From positions 124,001-188,000 of the forward strand of contig CM082590.2 of assembly GCA_040954595.2 (NCBI GenBank): 64,000 nucleotides of DNA, in the 5' to 3' direction. The stretch is from Balanoglossus misakiensis (lineage: Eukaryota; Animalia; Hemichordata). The notes under the pieces are model-generated. The model was not told the origin of the DNA, did not search any database, and worked only from the letters and a program-made list of their open reading frames with translations. Position numbers and translations under genes: made by a program. This document shows positions 14,400-29,421 of this stretch, in pieces (position 1 is the first letter of the stretch; the number at the start of each line of letters is the position of its first letter).

Positions 14400-16438
14400 G
14401 AGAGAAAAAGAGAATCGTTATGTCCTACCACTAGGGGCGCACTAGATGCGATAAAGGTCGGGGAATCCCTAATGTTGACCTTTGACTTGTCACCACACGT
14501 GTACTGTTTGTTGATACTGTGAGCCTGTCACGCGTACAGCCAGAAATTGCCTCAAACTTTCACCGAATCCGGTCAAGAAGCGCCCGTGGTTTCAATATAG
14601 GTTGCCTAAACTCCACACAAGTGCAAGGAGGAGACTGAATCCACAGGAAAATGACAGTAAGATTGTATTTTTGCATGATGTTTACAGTCATGTTGTGATT
14701 GTTTACATGCCGAGCGCTAGGGGTAGGGCATATGTTTAGGGCACCCAACAACAGCGTGCCGAGCAGAGCTGAGATAGCCGTAGCCGTCCAACCTTCCGAC
14801 AGCGTGAAATATAGGGTTCGAAGGGGCCTGGCTCCGATAATTTTCTGTTTTGTCCGCGTCTTCGACAACAACACACTCCTGCGGTGTTGGAGTGAACGCA
14901 GTAGAAATCCGTCGTGTGCTCAAATCTCTGTTTTCCGGATCAAAATAACCGTATAACAAAACTGTTTTTTCAGTGATAAAATTACCCCTGTTTAATAATA
15001 ACATTGTGAAACAAATATATAAACTTCAATAACGGTTACAAATGAGATGACCGCTTCGCTGTTAATGTAACTTGTAAGTGGTTAGACCTTCGTTGAAAAT
15101 TTTCAATCGGTGTGTAATAATAGTAGGTGGGTCGACACCATGGTTCAGGGTTTGAATCGTTTTAATAGCTGTTTATTTCTCGAGCATTATCTCAGTTGTT
15201 TACAAAACCATCAGTTCTGTGGGGAAAAAAGAATAAACATGATGTAATGTTTTGAAAGTAGTAACATACATAATTACCATAATGAAATGCACATTGTGTA
15301 CTCAGTGTATATTTCAGGGTATTTCTGTGATATGTAAACATTCCGTCAGATGATGATTTTTATTTTGAGAAATTCTACAAAATGTTCAGTAATAACCTCT
15401 GTGAGCCCAAATTTCCCCTGGAGGCTTAAATTTTGGGTTATATTTTTAACTAATCTTGACAATTAAGACCTGGAATGATTTGTGAACGTACAAAGTACTT
15501 CTTTGTTAGTGCCATCTTGCCAGAATTTGTGGGTAAATTTTTCACAAGGACATCAACACGCAAACCAACATAGAATCTTGTCACTGCAGATTTGTTTATT
15601 TTTGTAATGTGGTGTATTCTGTAGCAGAACTTTCATGTGCACAGCAAATGAAAGTACAACAGAATACTCCACATCATGAGTGAAAATAACTTCTGCATGG
15701 GGCAGGCTACAAATCGTGCATCATGTGTTATTTTATTATGGCCATGTAGTGTCTTGTCCAGGGTCATAACATTGTCTCATGAGAACTGTACTAGTACTTC
15801 GTACTCATAGAATTTTGGAAAACTGATATTGTGCTGTTGCAATTAGTGTGTGTTTACTGTCTATATATTCCCTCACAATGAGCAATATGTAGACTCTGTC
15901 AACCATGTAATTTGTTTTTTTCCCTATACCATATGATTCAGTCTTAGCCAATCCAAAGTATGAAATACTGTGTGCATAAAAAGGGGAATATAGATTAACA
16001 ATTTCAATTAATCATTTATCAATAATTTATTAATCATATAATGATATATAAAATTGTCACTACACTATTTATAATACTTAACTTATTTATTGATCAATAT
16101 TTCTAAAATCTGTATTTATTGACATCAGAGAGAATATTCTGTGAATGAATTTATCTTCAAACAAGCAATTACAATGAAATGGACACCTGTTCATTTAATT
16201 CAACTACAGACTGACTTTGTTATTTTTTAGAATATGTTTTAGTCAGCAATGATTTACAAATGTCACTATGCTTATTGTTTGTGAAGAAATTATTTATTAG
16301 ATTACCTTATCATTGGTTTCTGATGACTCTTATGTGTATATACTTTAATATTACAGCTCAGTTTAATTTTTCTGCACATACCTAGTATACATTTTTCTAT
16401 AAATACATGCAACCACAACCAGGCAGGAATGTGATCAA

Positions 16439-18472
16439 TCAATTAAAATCAACAACAGATTCGCACAGGTTTATCAGTGAACAGCAGACATGAACAATTT
16501 TGTCGATCATTGTGTTGCCCTCATCATCTTTGGAAAGAAACAAATTAATAGGAAGTGTCCCACCCAAAATATTATACTTTTGTCTTGCCATCCCAATAAC
16601 CCTTTCAACATGTATTCTAACATTGGCAATTCTTCTTGTTGTTTCTACATCTACAGCAGACAACTGACTTTTACCTTTTGTAAAACTAGGAATTTTCATT
16701 TGAGCACACAAGCAACCCACACTCTCCTCAATATTAAACCCTTGCTCTGTCAGCAAGTATTAAATCCCCTGGTAATAAATTATCTAGAATCCCACTGTTT
16801 TCAGTAATATGTTTGTCACTAGCCCGCCCACCCCAAGCCCTGGATATAAATGAGACAGTACCTTGAGGAGTGATTCCAATGAGAAACTTAATTGTGTTGT
16901 GGTGTTTATAAGAAGACCATGTTTCTGCCCGAGCTTTTAAATTTGATGACCTTTCTATGAATATTTCAAAACAATCGATTATCACAATGCATTTTTTACC
17001 AAAATATTTACGAAACTTCATGGGCATTGTTTTCTGCAAACTACTGTAAATCGATCTGGCCAAAAGACAAACGGTTTCATTCTTACATACATGACATCAA
17101 TTACAATATTAACAATTCTAGAAACTGAAGATAACGAAACGGAAAACTCATAAGACAAGAACTGAATTGGTAAATTAAAGCGTAACCTCATTAGTGTCAT
17201 AATGAACATTCGAAATTTGTCGAGAGATGTGCGAGGGGGCAAGTAGTGTGCAATATAATTGTATAATGTAATTAAAACAGTAAAAGAAGATATCCCAGTC
17301 AAAAACTTCGCTTTCTCATCGTCGCCTTCAAAATATGCCTCCGAAAATCGACTTTCATGTTCTGACAGTTTCTGTTTCAATATAAGATTGTCTGATCTCA
17401 AATCGTGCAGCTCACTGGTCATACAGTCCAACATATACCCAGTGAGATCAGTTTGCGTTTCACGGCTACATTTGTTCGGGTCACTTTGGGGTTTGGGGGG
17501 TTTCTGTGCTTCCTCTAGCTCATATTCTTTCTGCTCCAATTTCCTCTTTCTTGTCTGTAAAGTGTAATCTATCGTATCTGCCTAAAGCCTCAGCTGCCTT
17601 ATCTGTATTCTTCCCTACATTAACTGTTGGAACCCAATCTGGGTTGTTTCTATCGTACAAGTCTGCCTTTTTACCTAAGGGACAGGGGGTTGAGAGAGAT
17701 GGATATGGGGAGAGAGAGAGAGAGAGAAATCTTGAACACTTGTTCTCCTTTCACATGGCATGACCTTTGACCCGCTAATGCTAGGGGCGCATTTGATTCC
17801 ATTTCCTGATATTTCTGGATAATGGGTATGGCAACACATTTTAAAAAAAAAAAATACAAAACGAGGTATCACACTTCCGGGCAGGGGCCTAAATTTAGTG
17901 TAATCATTTTCAGCGTAAATTTGCATTGTTCCTACGCGTTGTCGAACCCAGCATTGAAACTGACCTGGTTTGACCCCGCGAATGTAAACAAAACACTTAC
18001 AGAATTTTTTATAGAAAGAGTGCTGTGAGACCTTTACCAAATGAGTGCGACTCCTCAAACAGCCGTAAAAATTCATAAAGTAAAGTTTTTTTCAGTCGAC
18101 AGAAAGTATATCTGACTCTAAGCATCACCGGTACGGTTTATCGATACCGCCGCCGGCCGACGACGACAGCTCGCTGCCAGTGTAAGTTCAGTTGTGTTAT
18201 CTGCAGATTCGCGTGTTTTTGTCGCGGCCAAATGCAAATCCGTAAATATTGTTGATGCCAAGTTGTGAAACATTTATTCGGTGTGTGATATAACAAGGTT
18301 TCAAAAGTTTCCAGTAAAACTTACCACTAAAAAAATGACTTGAACAAACCCGGACGTTGTCTAGGTTCTTATGATCAAAGTTTTGGCCGATCCTGGCTAA
18401 CCATTCGCGCCGTCTCTCTTTTCACATTCTGGTCCTTGATTTGATATCACGGCAGGCAATCTATATAACTGC
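16439..18472 (-). pseudogene. ISL2EU-type transposase pseudogene, copy 5
   Basis: Near-identical to copy 2. Confidence 0.92.
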
Positions 18473-20511
18473 GAGAGAAAAAGAGAATCGTTATGTCCTA
18501 CCACTAGGGGCGCACTAGATGCGATAAAGGTCGGGGAATCCCTAATGTTGACCTTTGACCTGTCACCACACGTGTACTGTTTGTTGATACTGTGAGCCTG
18601 TCACGCGTACAGCCAGAAATTGCCTCAAACTTTCACCGAATCCGGTCAAGAAGCGCCCGTGGTTTCAATATAGGTTGCCTAAACTCCACACAAGTGCAAG
18701 GAGGAGACTGAATCCACAGGAAAATGACAGTAAGATTGTATTTTTGCATGATGTTTACAGTCATGTTGTGATTGTTTACATGCCGAGCGCTAGGGGTAGG
18801 GCATATGTTTAGGGCACCCAACAACAGCGTGCCGAGCAGAGCTGAGATAGCCGTAGCCGTCCAACCTTCCGACAGCGTGAAATATAGGGTTCGAAGGGGC
18901 CTGGCTCCGATAATTTTCTGTTTTGTCCGCGTCTTCGACAACAACACACTCCTGCGGTGTTGGAGTGAACGCAGTAGAAATCCGTCGTGTGCTCAAATCT
19001 CTGTTTTCCGGATCAAAATAACCGTATAACAAAACTGTTTTTTCAGTGATAAAATTACCCCTGTTTAATAATAACATTGTGAAACAAATATATAAACTTC
19101 AATAACGGTTACAAATGAGATGACCGCTTCGCTGTTAATGTAACTTGTAAGTGGTTAGACCTTCGTTGAAAATTTTCAATCGGTGTGTAATAATAGTAGG
19201 TGGGTCGACACCATGGTTCAGGGTTTGAATCGTTTTAATAGCTGTTTATTTCTCGAGCATTATCTCAGTTGTTTACAAAACCATCAGTTCTGTGGGGAAA
19301 AAAGAATAAACATGATGTAATGTTTTGAAAGTAGTAACATACATAATTACCATAATGAAATGCACATTGTGTACTCAGTGTATATTTCAGGGTATTTCTG
19401 TGATATGTAAACATTCCGTCAGATGATGATTTTTATTTTGAGAAATTCTACAAAATGTTCAGTAATAACCTCTGTGAGCCCAAATTTCCCCTGGAGGCTT
19501 AAATTTTGGGTTATATTTTTAACTAATCTTGACAATTAAGACCTGGAATGATTTGTGAACGTACAAAGTACTTCTTTGTTAGTGCCATCTTGCCAGAATT
19601 TGTGGGTAAATTTTTCACAAGGACATCAACACGCAAACCAACATAGAATCTTGTCACTGCAGATTTGTTTATTTTTGTAATGTGGTGTATTCTGTAGCAG
19701 AACTTTCATGTGCACAGCAAATGAAAGTACAACAGAATACTCCACATCATGAGTGAAAATAACTTCTGCATGGGGCAGGCTACAAATCGTGCATCATGTG
19801 TTATTTTATTATGGCCATGTAGTGTCTTGTCCAGGGTCATAACATTGTCTCATGAGAACTGTACTAGTACTTCGTACTCATAGAATTTTGGAAAACTGAT
19901 ATTGTGCTGTTGCAATTAGTGTGTGTTTACTGTCTATATATTCCCTCACAATGAGCAATATGTAGACTCTGTCAACCATGTAATTTGTTTTTTTCCCTAT
20001 ACCATATGATTCAGTCTTAGCCAATCCAAAGTATGAAATACTGTGTGCATAAAAAGGGGAATATAGATTAACAATTTCAATTAATCATTTATCAATAATT
20101 TATTAATCATATAATGATATATAAAATTGTCACTACACTATTTATAATACTTAACTTATTTATTGATCAATATTTCTAAAATCTGTATTTATTGACATCA
20201 GAGAGAATATTCTGTGAATGAATTTATCTTCAAACAAGCAATTACAATGAAATGGACACCTGTTCATTTAATTCAACTACAGACTGACTTTGTTATTTTT
20301 TAGAATATGTTTTAGTCAGCAATGATTTACAAATGTCACTATGCTTATTGTTTGTGAAGAAATTATTTATTAGATTACCTTATCATTGGTTTCTGATGAC
20401 TCTTATGTGTATATACTTTAATATTACAGCTCAGTTTAATTTTTCTGCACATACCTAGTATACATTTTTCTATAAATACATGCAACCACAACCAGGCAGG
20501 AATGTGATCAA

Positions 20512-22545
20512 TCAATTAAAATCAACAACAGATTCGCACAGGTTTATCAGTGAACAGCAGACATGAACAATTTTGTCGATCATTGTGTTGCCCTCATCAT
20601 CTTTGGAAAGAAACAAATTAATAGGAAGTGTCCCACCCAAAATATTATACTTTTGTCTTGCCATCCCAATAACCCTTTCAACATGTATTCTAACATTGGC
20701 AATTCTTCTTGTTGTTTCTACATCTACAGCAGACAACTGACTTTTACCTTTTGTAAAACTAGGAATTTTCATTTGACCACACAAGCAACCCACACTCTCC
20801 TCAATATTAAACCCTTGCTCTGTCAGCAAGTATTAAATCCCCTGGTAATAAATTATCTAGAATCCCACTGTTTTCAGTAATATGTTTGTCACTAGCCCGC
20901 CCACCCCAAGCCCTGGATATAAATGAGACAGTACCTTGAGGAGTGATTCCAATGAGAAACTTAATTGTGTTGTGGTGTTTATAAGAAGACCATGTTTCTG
21001 CCCGAGCTTTTAAATTTGATGACCTTTCTATGAATATTTCAAAACAATCGATTATCACAATGCATTTTTTACCAAAATATTTACGAAACTTCATGGGCAT
21101 TGTTTTCTGCAAACTACTGTAAATCGATCTGGCCAAAAGACAAACGGTTTCATTCTTACATACATGACATCAATTACAATATTAACAATTCTAGAAACTG
21201 AAGATAACGAAACGGAAAACTCATAAGACAAGAACTGAATTGGTAAATTAAAGCGTAACCTCATTAGTGTCATAATGAACATTCGAAATTTGTCGAGAGA
21301 TGTGCGAGGGGGCAAGTAGTGTGCAATATAATTGTATAATGTAATTAAAACAGTAAAAGAAGATATCCCAGTCAAAAACTTCGCTTTCTCATCGTCGCCT
21401 TCAAAATATGCCTCCGAAAATCGACTTTCATGTTCTGACAGTTTCTGTTTCAATATAAGATTGTCTGATCTCAAATCGTGCAGCTCACTGGTCATACAGT
21501 CCAACATATACCCAGTGAGATCAGTTTGCGTTTCACGGCTACATTTGTTCGGGTCACTTTGGGGTTTGGGGGGTTTCTGTGCTTCCTCTAGCTCATATTC
21601 TTTCTGCTCCAATTTCCTCTTTCTTGTCTGTAAAGTGTAATCTATCGTATCTGCCTAAAGCCTCAGCTGCCTTATCTGTATTCTTCCCTACATTAACTGT
21701 TGGAACCCAATCTGGGTTGTTTCTATCGTACAAGTCTGCCTTTTTACCTAAGGGACAGGGGGTTGAGAGAGATGGATATGGGGAGAGAGAGAGAGAGAGA
21801 AATCTTGAACACTTGTTCTCCTTTCACATGGCATGACCTTTGACCCGCTAATGCTAGGGGCGCATTTGATTCCATTTCCTGATATTTCTGGATAATGGGT
21901 ATGGCAACACATTTAAAAAAAAAAAAATACAAAACGAGGTATCACACTTCCGGGCAGGGGCCTAAATTTAGTGTAATCATTTTCAGCGTAAATTTGCATT
22001 GTTCCTACGCGTTGTCGAACCCAGCATTGAAACTGACCTGGTTTGACCCCGCGAATGTAAACAAAACACTTACAGAATTTTTTATAGAAAGAGTGCTGTG
22101 AGACCTTTACCAAATGAGTGCGACTCCTCAAACAGCCGTAAAAATTCATAAAGTAAAGTTTTTTTCAGTCGACAGAAAGTATATCTGACTCTAAGCATCA
22201 CCGGTACGGTTTATCGATACCGCCGCCGGCCGACGACGACAGCTCGCTGCCAGTGTAAGTTCAGTTGTGTTATCTGCAGATTCGCGTGTTTTTGTCGCGG
22301 CCAAATGCAAATCCGTAAATATTGTTGATGCCAAGTTGTGAAACATTTATTCGGTGTGTGATATAACAAGGTTTCAAAAGTTTCCAGTAAAACTTACCAC
22401 TAAAAAAATGACTTGAACAAACCCGGACGTTGTCTAGGTTCTTATGATCAAAGTTTTGGCCGATCCTGGCTAACCATTCGCGCCGTCTCTCTTTTCACAT
22501 TCTGGTCCTTGATTTGATATCACGGCAGGCAATCTATATAACTGC
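20512..22545 (-). pseudogene. ISL2EU-type transposase pseudogene, copy 6
   Basis: Same lesions; CLCGQ variant shared with copies 7 and 8. Confidence 0.92.
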
Positions 22546-22716
22546 GAGAGAAAAAGAGAATCGTTATGTCCTACCACTAGGGGCGCACTAGATGCGATAA
22601 AGGTCGGGGAATCCCTAATGTTGACCTTTGACCTGTCACCACACGTGTACTGTTTGTTGATACTGTGAGCCTGTCACGCGTACAGCCAGAAATTGCCTCA
22701 AACTTTCACCGAATCC

Positions 22717-23486
22717 GGCTAGTTATACTTTGCGAAACAACGAAACAGCGAAACGACGAAACCATTATTAAAATAGGGGCCAGTCATCAAGACGGTGGCG
22801 TATGATTTTTTTAAAAGTTTCCAAATTAAAACGTAAGCGAGCCAAGAAAACTACAGGTCAGATAAATTGTTTTCTCGGAAATTCAACATTAGAATCAAAT
22901 TTGACGTTGGAAACAAACGGCGGGTCGCCAGTTCCTGGTCTGCGGCCTGGTACTATGTAGTGGTAGAGTCGACGTCGTGTGCGCGCAAACGATTCATGCC
23001 AAACTGCTACATATACACAGTGAATATACGCGCGCGCACAACGAAACCACAAAAGATCGAAACCTCAAAATGCGGCAGCAACTGTCACTATTTCCTTAAA
23101 TACCACAAGGCGGGGAGGCATGAATTGCAATTAAGATAATAAAGAAATTTCGACAATGATACTGTGTTGTGTGAGTTACATGTGTTTCTATATATAACTA
23201 CTACTCTTACCCCCCATCAGTGTTTGACCCTCGAAAGCTTACGGACACTACTGCTTTGTTTCAACTAATCCTTAGCCCTGTGAATATACTCGTACATTGA
23301 CCTTTTGGGGCGGGATTCTTTTTTGGCGCGCAACCACTAGTACCAGGCCGCAGACCAGGAACTTATTTGGAAACTTTTAAAAAATCATACGCCACCGTCT
23401 TGATGACTGGCCCCTATTTTAATAATGGTTTCGTCGTTTCGCTGTTTCGTTTCGCTGTTTCGTTGTTTCGCAAAGTATAACTAGCC
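22717..23486. mobile_element. 770-bp non-autonomous DNA transposon (MITE) with ~110-bp TIRs, GG...CC termini and 8-bp TSD (Merlin/MULE-like; superfamily uncertain)
   Basis: Absent from all other units (empty site ttcaccgaatccggtcaag). TSD ccgaatcc at 22709-22716 and 23487-23494. TIR ggctagttatactttgcgaaacaacgaaac...ccaaat with its reverse complement at 23365-23486. Confidence 0.95.
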
Positions 23487-25362
23487 CCGAATCCGGTCAA
23501 GAAGCGCCCGTGGTTTCAATATAGGTTGCCTAAACTCCACACAAGTGCAAGGAGGAGACTGAATCCACAGGAAAATGACAGTAAGATTGTATTTTTGCAT
23601 GATGTTTACAGTCATGTTGTGATTGTTTACATGCCGAGCGCTAGGGGTAGGGCATATGTTTAGGGCACCCAACAACAGCGTGCCGAGCAGAGCTGAGATA
23701 GCCGTAGCCGTCCAACCTTCCGACAGCGTGAAATATAGGGTTCGAAGGGGCCTGGCTCCGATAATTTTCTGTTTTGTCCGCGTCTTCGACAACAACACAC
23801 TCCTGCGGTGTTGGAGTGAACGCAGTAGAAATCCGTCGTGTGCTCAAATCTCTGTTTTCCGGATCAAAATAACCGTATAACAAAACTGTTTTTTCAGTGA
23901 TAAAATTACCCCTGTTTAATAATAACATTGTGAAACAAATATATAAACTTCAATAACGGTTACAAATGAGATGACCGCTTCGCTGTTAATGTAACTTGTA
24001 AGTGGTTAGACCTTCGTTGAAAATTTTCAATCGGTGTGTAATAATAGTAGGTGGGTCGACACCATGGTTCAGGGTTTGAATCGTTTTAATAGCTGTTTAT
24101 TTCTCGAGCATTATCTCAGTTGTTTACAAAACCATCAGTTCTGTGGGGAAAAAAGAATAAACATGATGTAATGTTTTGAAAGTAGTAACATACATAATTA
24201 CCATAATGAAATGCACATTGTGTACTCAGTGTATATTTCAGGGTATTTCTGTGATATGTAAACATTCCGTCAGATGATGATTTTTATTTTGAGAAATTCT
24301 ACAAAATGTTCAGTAATAACCTCTGTGAGCCCAAATTTCCCCTGGAGGCTTAAATTTTGGGTTATATTTTTAACTAATCTTGACAATTAAGACCTGGAAT
24401 GATTTGTGAACGTACAAAGTACTTCTTTGTTAGTGCCATCTTGCCAGAATTTGTGGGTAAATTTTTCACAAGGACATCAACACGCAAACCAACATAGAAT
24501 CTTGTCACTGCAGATTTGTTTATTTTTGTAATGTGGTGTATTCTGTAGCAGAACTTTCATGTGCACAGCAAATGAAAGTACAACAGAATACTCCACATCA
24601 TGAGTGAAAATAACTTCTGCATGGGGCAGGCTACAAATCGTGCATCATGTGTTATTTTATTATGGCCATGTAGTGTCTTGTCCAGGGTCATAACATTGTC
24701 TCATGAGAACTGTACTAGTACTTCGTACTCATAGAATTTTGGAAAACTGATATTGTGCTGTTGCAATTAGTGTGTGTTTACTGTCTATATATTCCCTCAC
24801 AATGAGCAATATGTAGACTCTGTCAACCATGTAATTTGTTTTTTTCCCTATACCATATGATTCAGTCTTAGCCAATCCAAAGTATGAAATACTGTGTGCA
24901 TAAAAAGGGGAATATAGATTAACAATTTCAATTAATCATTTATCAATAATTTATTAATCATATAATGATATATAAAATTGTCACTACACTATTTATAATA
25001 CTTAACTTATTTATTGATCAATATTTCTAAAATCTGTATTTATTGACATCAGAGAGAATATTCTGTGAATGAATTTATCTTCAAACAAGCAATTACAATG
25101 AAATGGACACCTGTTCATTTAATTCAACTACAGACTGACTTTGTTATTTTTTAGAATATGTTTTAGTCAGCAATGATTTACAAATGTCACTATGCTTATT
25201 GTTTGTGAAGAAATTATTTATTAGATTACCTTATCATTGGTTTCTGATGACTCTTATGTGTATATACTTTAATATTACAGCTCAGTTTAATTTTTCTGCA
25301 CATACCTAGTATACATTTTTCTATAAATACATGCAACCACAACCAGGCAGGAATGTGATCAA

Positions 25363-27416
25363 TCAATTAAAATCAACAACAGATTCGCACAGGTTTATCA
25401 GTGAACAGCAGACATGAACAATTTTGTCGATCATTGTGTTGCCCTCATCATCTTTGGAAAGAAACAAATTAATAGGAAGTGTCCCACCCAAAATATTATA
25501 CTTTTGTCTTGCCATCCCAATAACCCTTTCAACATGTATTCTAACATTGGCAATTCTTCTTGTTGTTTCTACATCTACAGCAGACAACTGACTTTTACCT
25601 TTTGTAAAACTAGGAATTTTCATTTGACCACACAAGCAACCCACACTCTCCTCAATATTAAACCCTTGCTCTGTCAGCAAGTATTAAATCCCCTGGTAAT
25701 AAATTATCTAGAATCCCACTGTTTTCAGTAATATGTTTGTCACTAGCCCGCCCACCCCAAGCCCTGGATATAAATGAGACAGTACCTTGAGGAGTGATTC
25801 CAATGAGAAACTTAATTGTGTTGTGGTGTTTATAAGAAGACCATGTTTCTGCCCGAGCTTTTAAATTTGATGACCTTTCTATGAATATTTCAAAACAATC
25901 GATTATCACAATGCATTTTTTACCAAAATATTTACGAAACTTCATGGGCATTGTTTTCTGCAAACTACTGTAAATCGATCTGGCCAAAAGACAAACGGTT
26001 TCATTCTTACATACATGACATCAATTACAATATTAACAATTCTAGAAACTGAAGATAACGAAACGGAAAACTCATAAGACAAGAACTGAATTGGTAAATT
26101 AAAGCGTAACCTCATTAGTGTCATAATGAACATTCGAAATTTGTCGAGAGATGTGCGAGGGGGCAAGTAGTGTGCAATATAATTGTATAATGTAATTAAA
26201 ACAGTAAAAGAAGATATCCCAGTCAAAAACTTCGCTTTCTCATCGTCGCCTTCAAAATATGCCTCCGAAAATCGACTTTCATGTTCTGACAGTTTCTGTT
26301 TCAATATAAGATTGTCTGATCTCAAATCGTGCAGCTCACTGGTCATACAGTCCAACATATACCCAGTGAGATCAGTTTGCGTTTCACGGCTACATTTGTT
26401 CGGGTCACTTTGGGGTTTGGGGGGTTTCTGTGCTTCCTCTAGCTCATATTCTTTCTGCTCCAATTTCCTCTTTCTTGTCTGTAAAGTGTAATCTATCGTA
26501 TCTGCCTAAAGCCTCAGCTGCCTTATCTGTATTCTTCCCTACATTAACTGTTGGAACCCAATCTGGGTTGTTTCTATCGTACAAGTCTGCCTTTTTACCT
26601 AAGGGACAGGGGGTTGAGAGAGATGGATATGGGGAGAGAGAGAGAGAGAGAAATCTTGAACACTTGTTCTCCTTTCACATGGCATGACCTTTGACCCGCT
26701 AATGCTAGGGGCGCATTTGATTCCATTTCCTGATATTTCTGGATAATGGGTATGGCAACACATTTTTAAAAAAAAAAATACAAAACGAGGTATCACACTT
26801 CCGGGCAGGGGCCTAAATTTAGTGTAATCATTTTCAGCGTAAATTTGCATTGTTCCTACGCGTTGTCGAACCCAGCATTGAAACTGACCTGGTTTGACCC
26901 CGCGAATGTAAACAAAACACTTACAGAATTTTTTATAGAAAGAGTGCTGTGAGACCTTTACCAAATGAGTGCGACTCCTCAAACAGCCGTAAAAATTCAT
27001 AAAGTAAAGTTTTTTTCAGTCGACAGAAATGCATGTCCGTGACCAACAAGTATATCTGACTCTAAGCATCACTGGTACGGTTTATCGATACCGCCGCCGG
27101 CCGACGACGACAGCTCGCTGCCAGTGTAAGTTCAGTTGTGTTATCTGCAGATTCGCGTGTTTTTGTCGCGGCCAAATGCAAATCCGTAAATATTGTTGAT
27201 GCCAAGTTGTGAAACATTTATTCGGTGTGTGATATAACAAGGTTTCAAAAGTTTCCAGTAAAACTTACCACTAAAAAAATGACTTGAACAAACCCGGACG
27301 TTGTCTAGGTTCTTATGATCAAAGTTTTGGCCGATCCTGGCTAACCATTCGCGCCGTCTCTCTTTTCACATTCTGGTCCTTGATTTGATATCACGGCAGG
27401 CAATCTATATAACTGC
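25363..27416 (-). pseudogene. ISL2EU-type transposase pseudogene, copy 7
   Basis: Same three coding insertions; retains the 20-bp intronic segment 27030-27049 otherwise seen only in copy 9. Confidence 0.92.
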
Positions 27417-28984
27417 GAGAGAAAAAGAGAATCGTTATGTCCTACCACTAGGGGCGCACTAGATGCGATAAAGGTCGGGGAATCCCTAATGTTGACCTTT
27501 GACCTGTCACCACACGTGTACTGTTTGTTGATACTGTGAGCCTGTCACGCGTACAGCCAGAAATTGCCTCAAACTTTCACCGAATCCGGTCAAGAAGCGC
27601 CCGTGGTTTCAATATAGGTTGCCTAAACTCCACACAAGTGCAAGGAGGAGACTGAATCCACAGGAAAATGACAGTAAGATTGTATTTTTGCATGATGTTT
27701 ACAGTCATGTTGTGATTGTTTACATGCCGAGCGCTAGGGGTAGGGCATATGTTTAGGGCACCCAACAACAGCGTGCCGAGCAGAGCTGAGATAGCCGTAG
27801 CCGTCCAACCTTCCGACAGCGTGAAATATAGGGTTCGAAGGGGCCTGGCTCCGATAATTTTCTGTTTTGTCCGCGTCTTCGACAACAACACACTCCTGCG
27901 GTGTTGGAGTGAACGCAGTAGAAATCCGTCGTGTGCTCAAATCTCTGTTTTCCGGATCAAAATAACCGTATAACAAAACTGTTTTTTCAGTGATAAAATT
28001 ACCCCTGTTTAATAATAACATTGTGAAACAAATATATAAACTTCAATAACGGTTACAAATGAGATGACCGCTTCGCTGTTAATGTAACTTGTAAGTGGTT
28101 AGACCTTCGTTGAAAATTTTCAATCGGTGTGTAATAATAGTAGGTGGGTCGACACCATGGTTCAGGGTTTGAATCGTTTTAATAGCTGTTTATTTCTCGA
28201 GCATTATCTCAGTTGTTTACAAAACCATCAGTTCTGTGGGGAAAAAAGAATAAACATGATGTAATGTTTTGAAAGTAGTAACATACATAATTACCATAAT
28301 GAAATGCACATTGTGTACTCAGTGTATATTTCAGGGTATTTCTGTGATATGTAAACATTCCGTCAGATGATGATTTTTATTTTGAGAAATTCTACAAAAT
28401 GTTCAGTAATAACCTCTGTGAGCCCAAATTTCCCCTGGAGGCTTAAATTTTGGGTTATATTTTTAACTAATCTTGACAATTAAGACCTGGAATGATTTGT
28501 GAACGTACAAAGTACTTCTTTGTTAGTGCCATCTTGCCAGAATTTGTGGGTAAATTTTTCACAAGGACATCAACACGCAAACCAACATAGAATCTTGTCA
28601 CTGCAGATTTGTTTATTTTTGTAATGTGGTGTATTCTGTAGCAGAACTTTCATGTGCACAGCAAATGAAAGTACAACAGAATACTCCACATCATGAGTGA
28701 AAATAACTTCTGCATGGGGCAGGCTACAAATCGTGCATCATGTGTTATTTTATTATGGCCATGTAGTGTCTTGTCCAGGGTCATAACATTGTCTCATGAG
28801 AACTGTACTAGTACTTCGTACTCATAGAATTTTGGAAAACTGATATTGTGCTGTTGCAATTAGTGTGTGTTTACTGTCTATATATTCCCTCACAATGAGC
28901 AATATGTAGACTCTGTCAACCATGTAATTTGTTTTTTTCCCTATACCATATGATTCAGTCTTAGCCAATCCAAAGTATGAAATA

Positions 28985-29421
28985 CAGTGCAGCTTAGGAA
29001 TAGCTTTCCAATTTGCTAACAACTTGCTGACACGGTGTTTATAATGAGCCAACACAGTGTTAGCCTGTGTGTTCCAAGTGTTACAAAGGTGTGAATCTGT
29101 TGGCCCTGGCACTTGGCATTGTTCAGTGTTAGCATGTGCTACAAAGGTGTTAAACCTTGGCGCACCCTATTGTTTTGGCACACAGTGTTAGCCTGTGTGT
29201 TCCAAGTGTTACAAAGGTGTGAATCTGTTGGCCCTGGCACTTGGCATTGTTCAGTGTTAGCACCTTGGCGCACCCTATTGTTTTGGAACACCCCAGTTAA
29301 ACACAAGCCCAATAGGTGCTAATTAGAGCGCCAATAGGGTGCCAACCCAGAGTTGACCCAGTGTTTAAACAGAGCTGACCCAGTGTTGGTGCAGTTGGAA
29401 AGCTATTCCTAAGCTGCACTG
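28985..29421. mobile_element. 437-bp Tc1/mariner-type MITE, 27-bp TIRs, TA TSD
   Basis: TIR cagtgcagcttaggaatagctttccaa / ttggaaagctattcctaagctgcactg. TA duplicated at 28983-84 and 29422-23. Empty site gaaatactgtg in other units. Internal ~80-bp and ~25-bp direct repeats. Confidence 0.95.

Noticed and set aside
29040-29290. Spaced direct repeats resembling a CRISPR array (also 39161-39216)
   Set aside because: MITE-internal duplications and a minisatellite without unique spacers, in a eukaryotic context with no cas genes.
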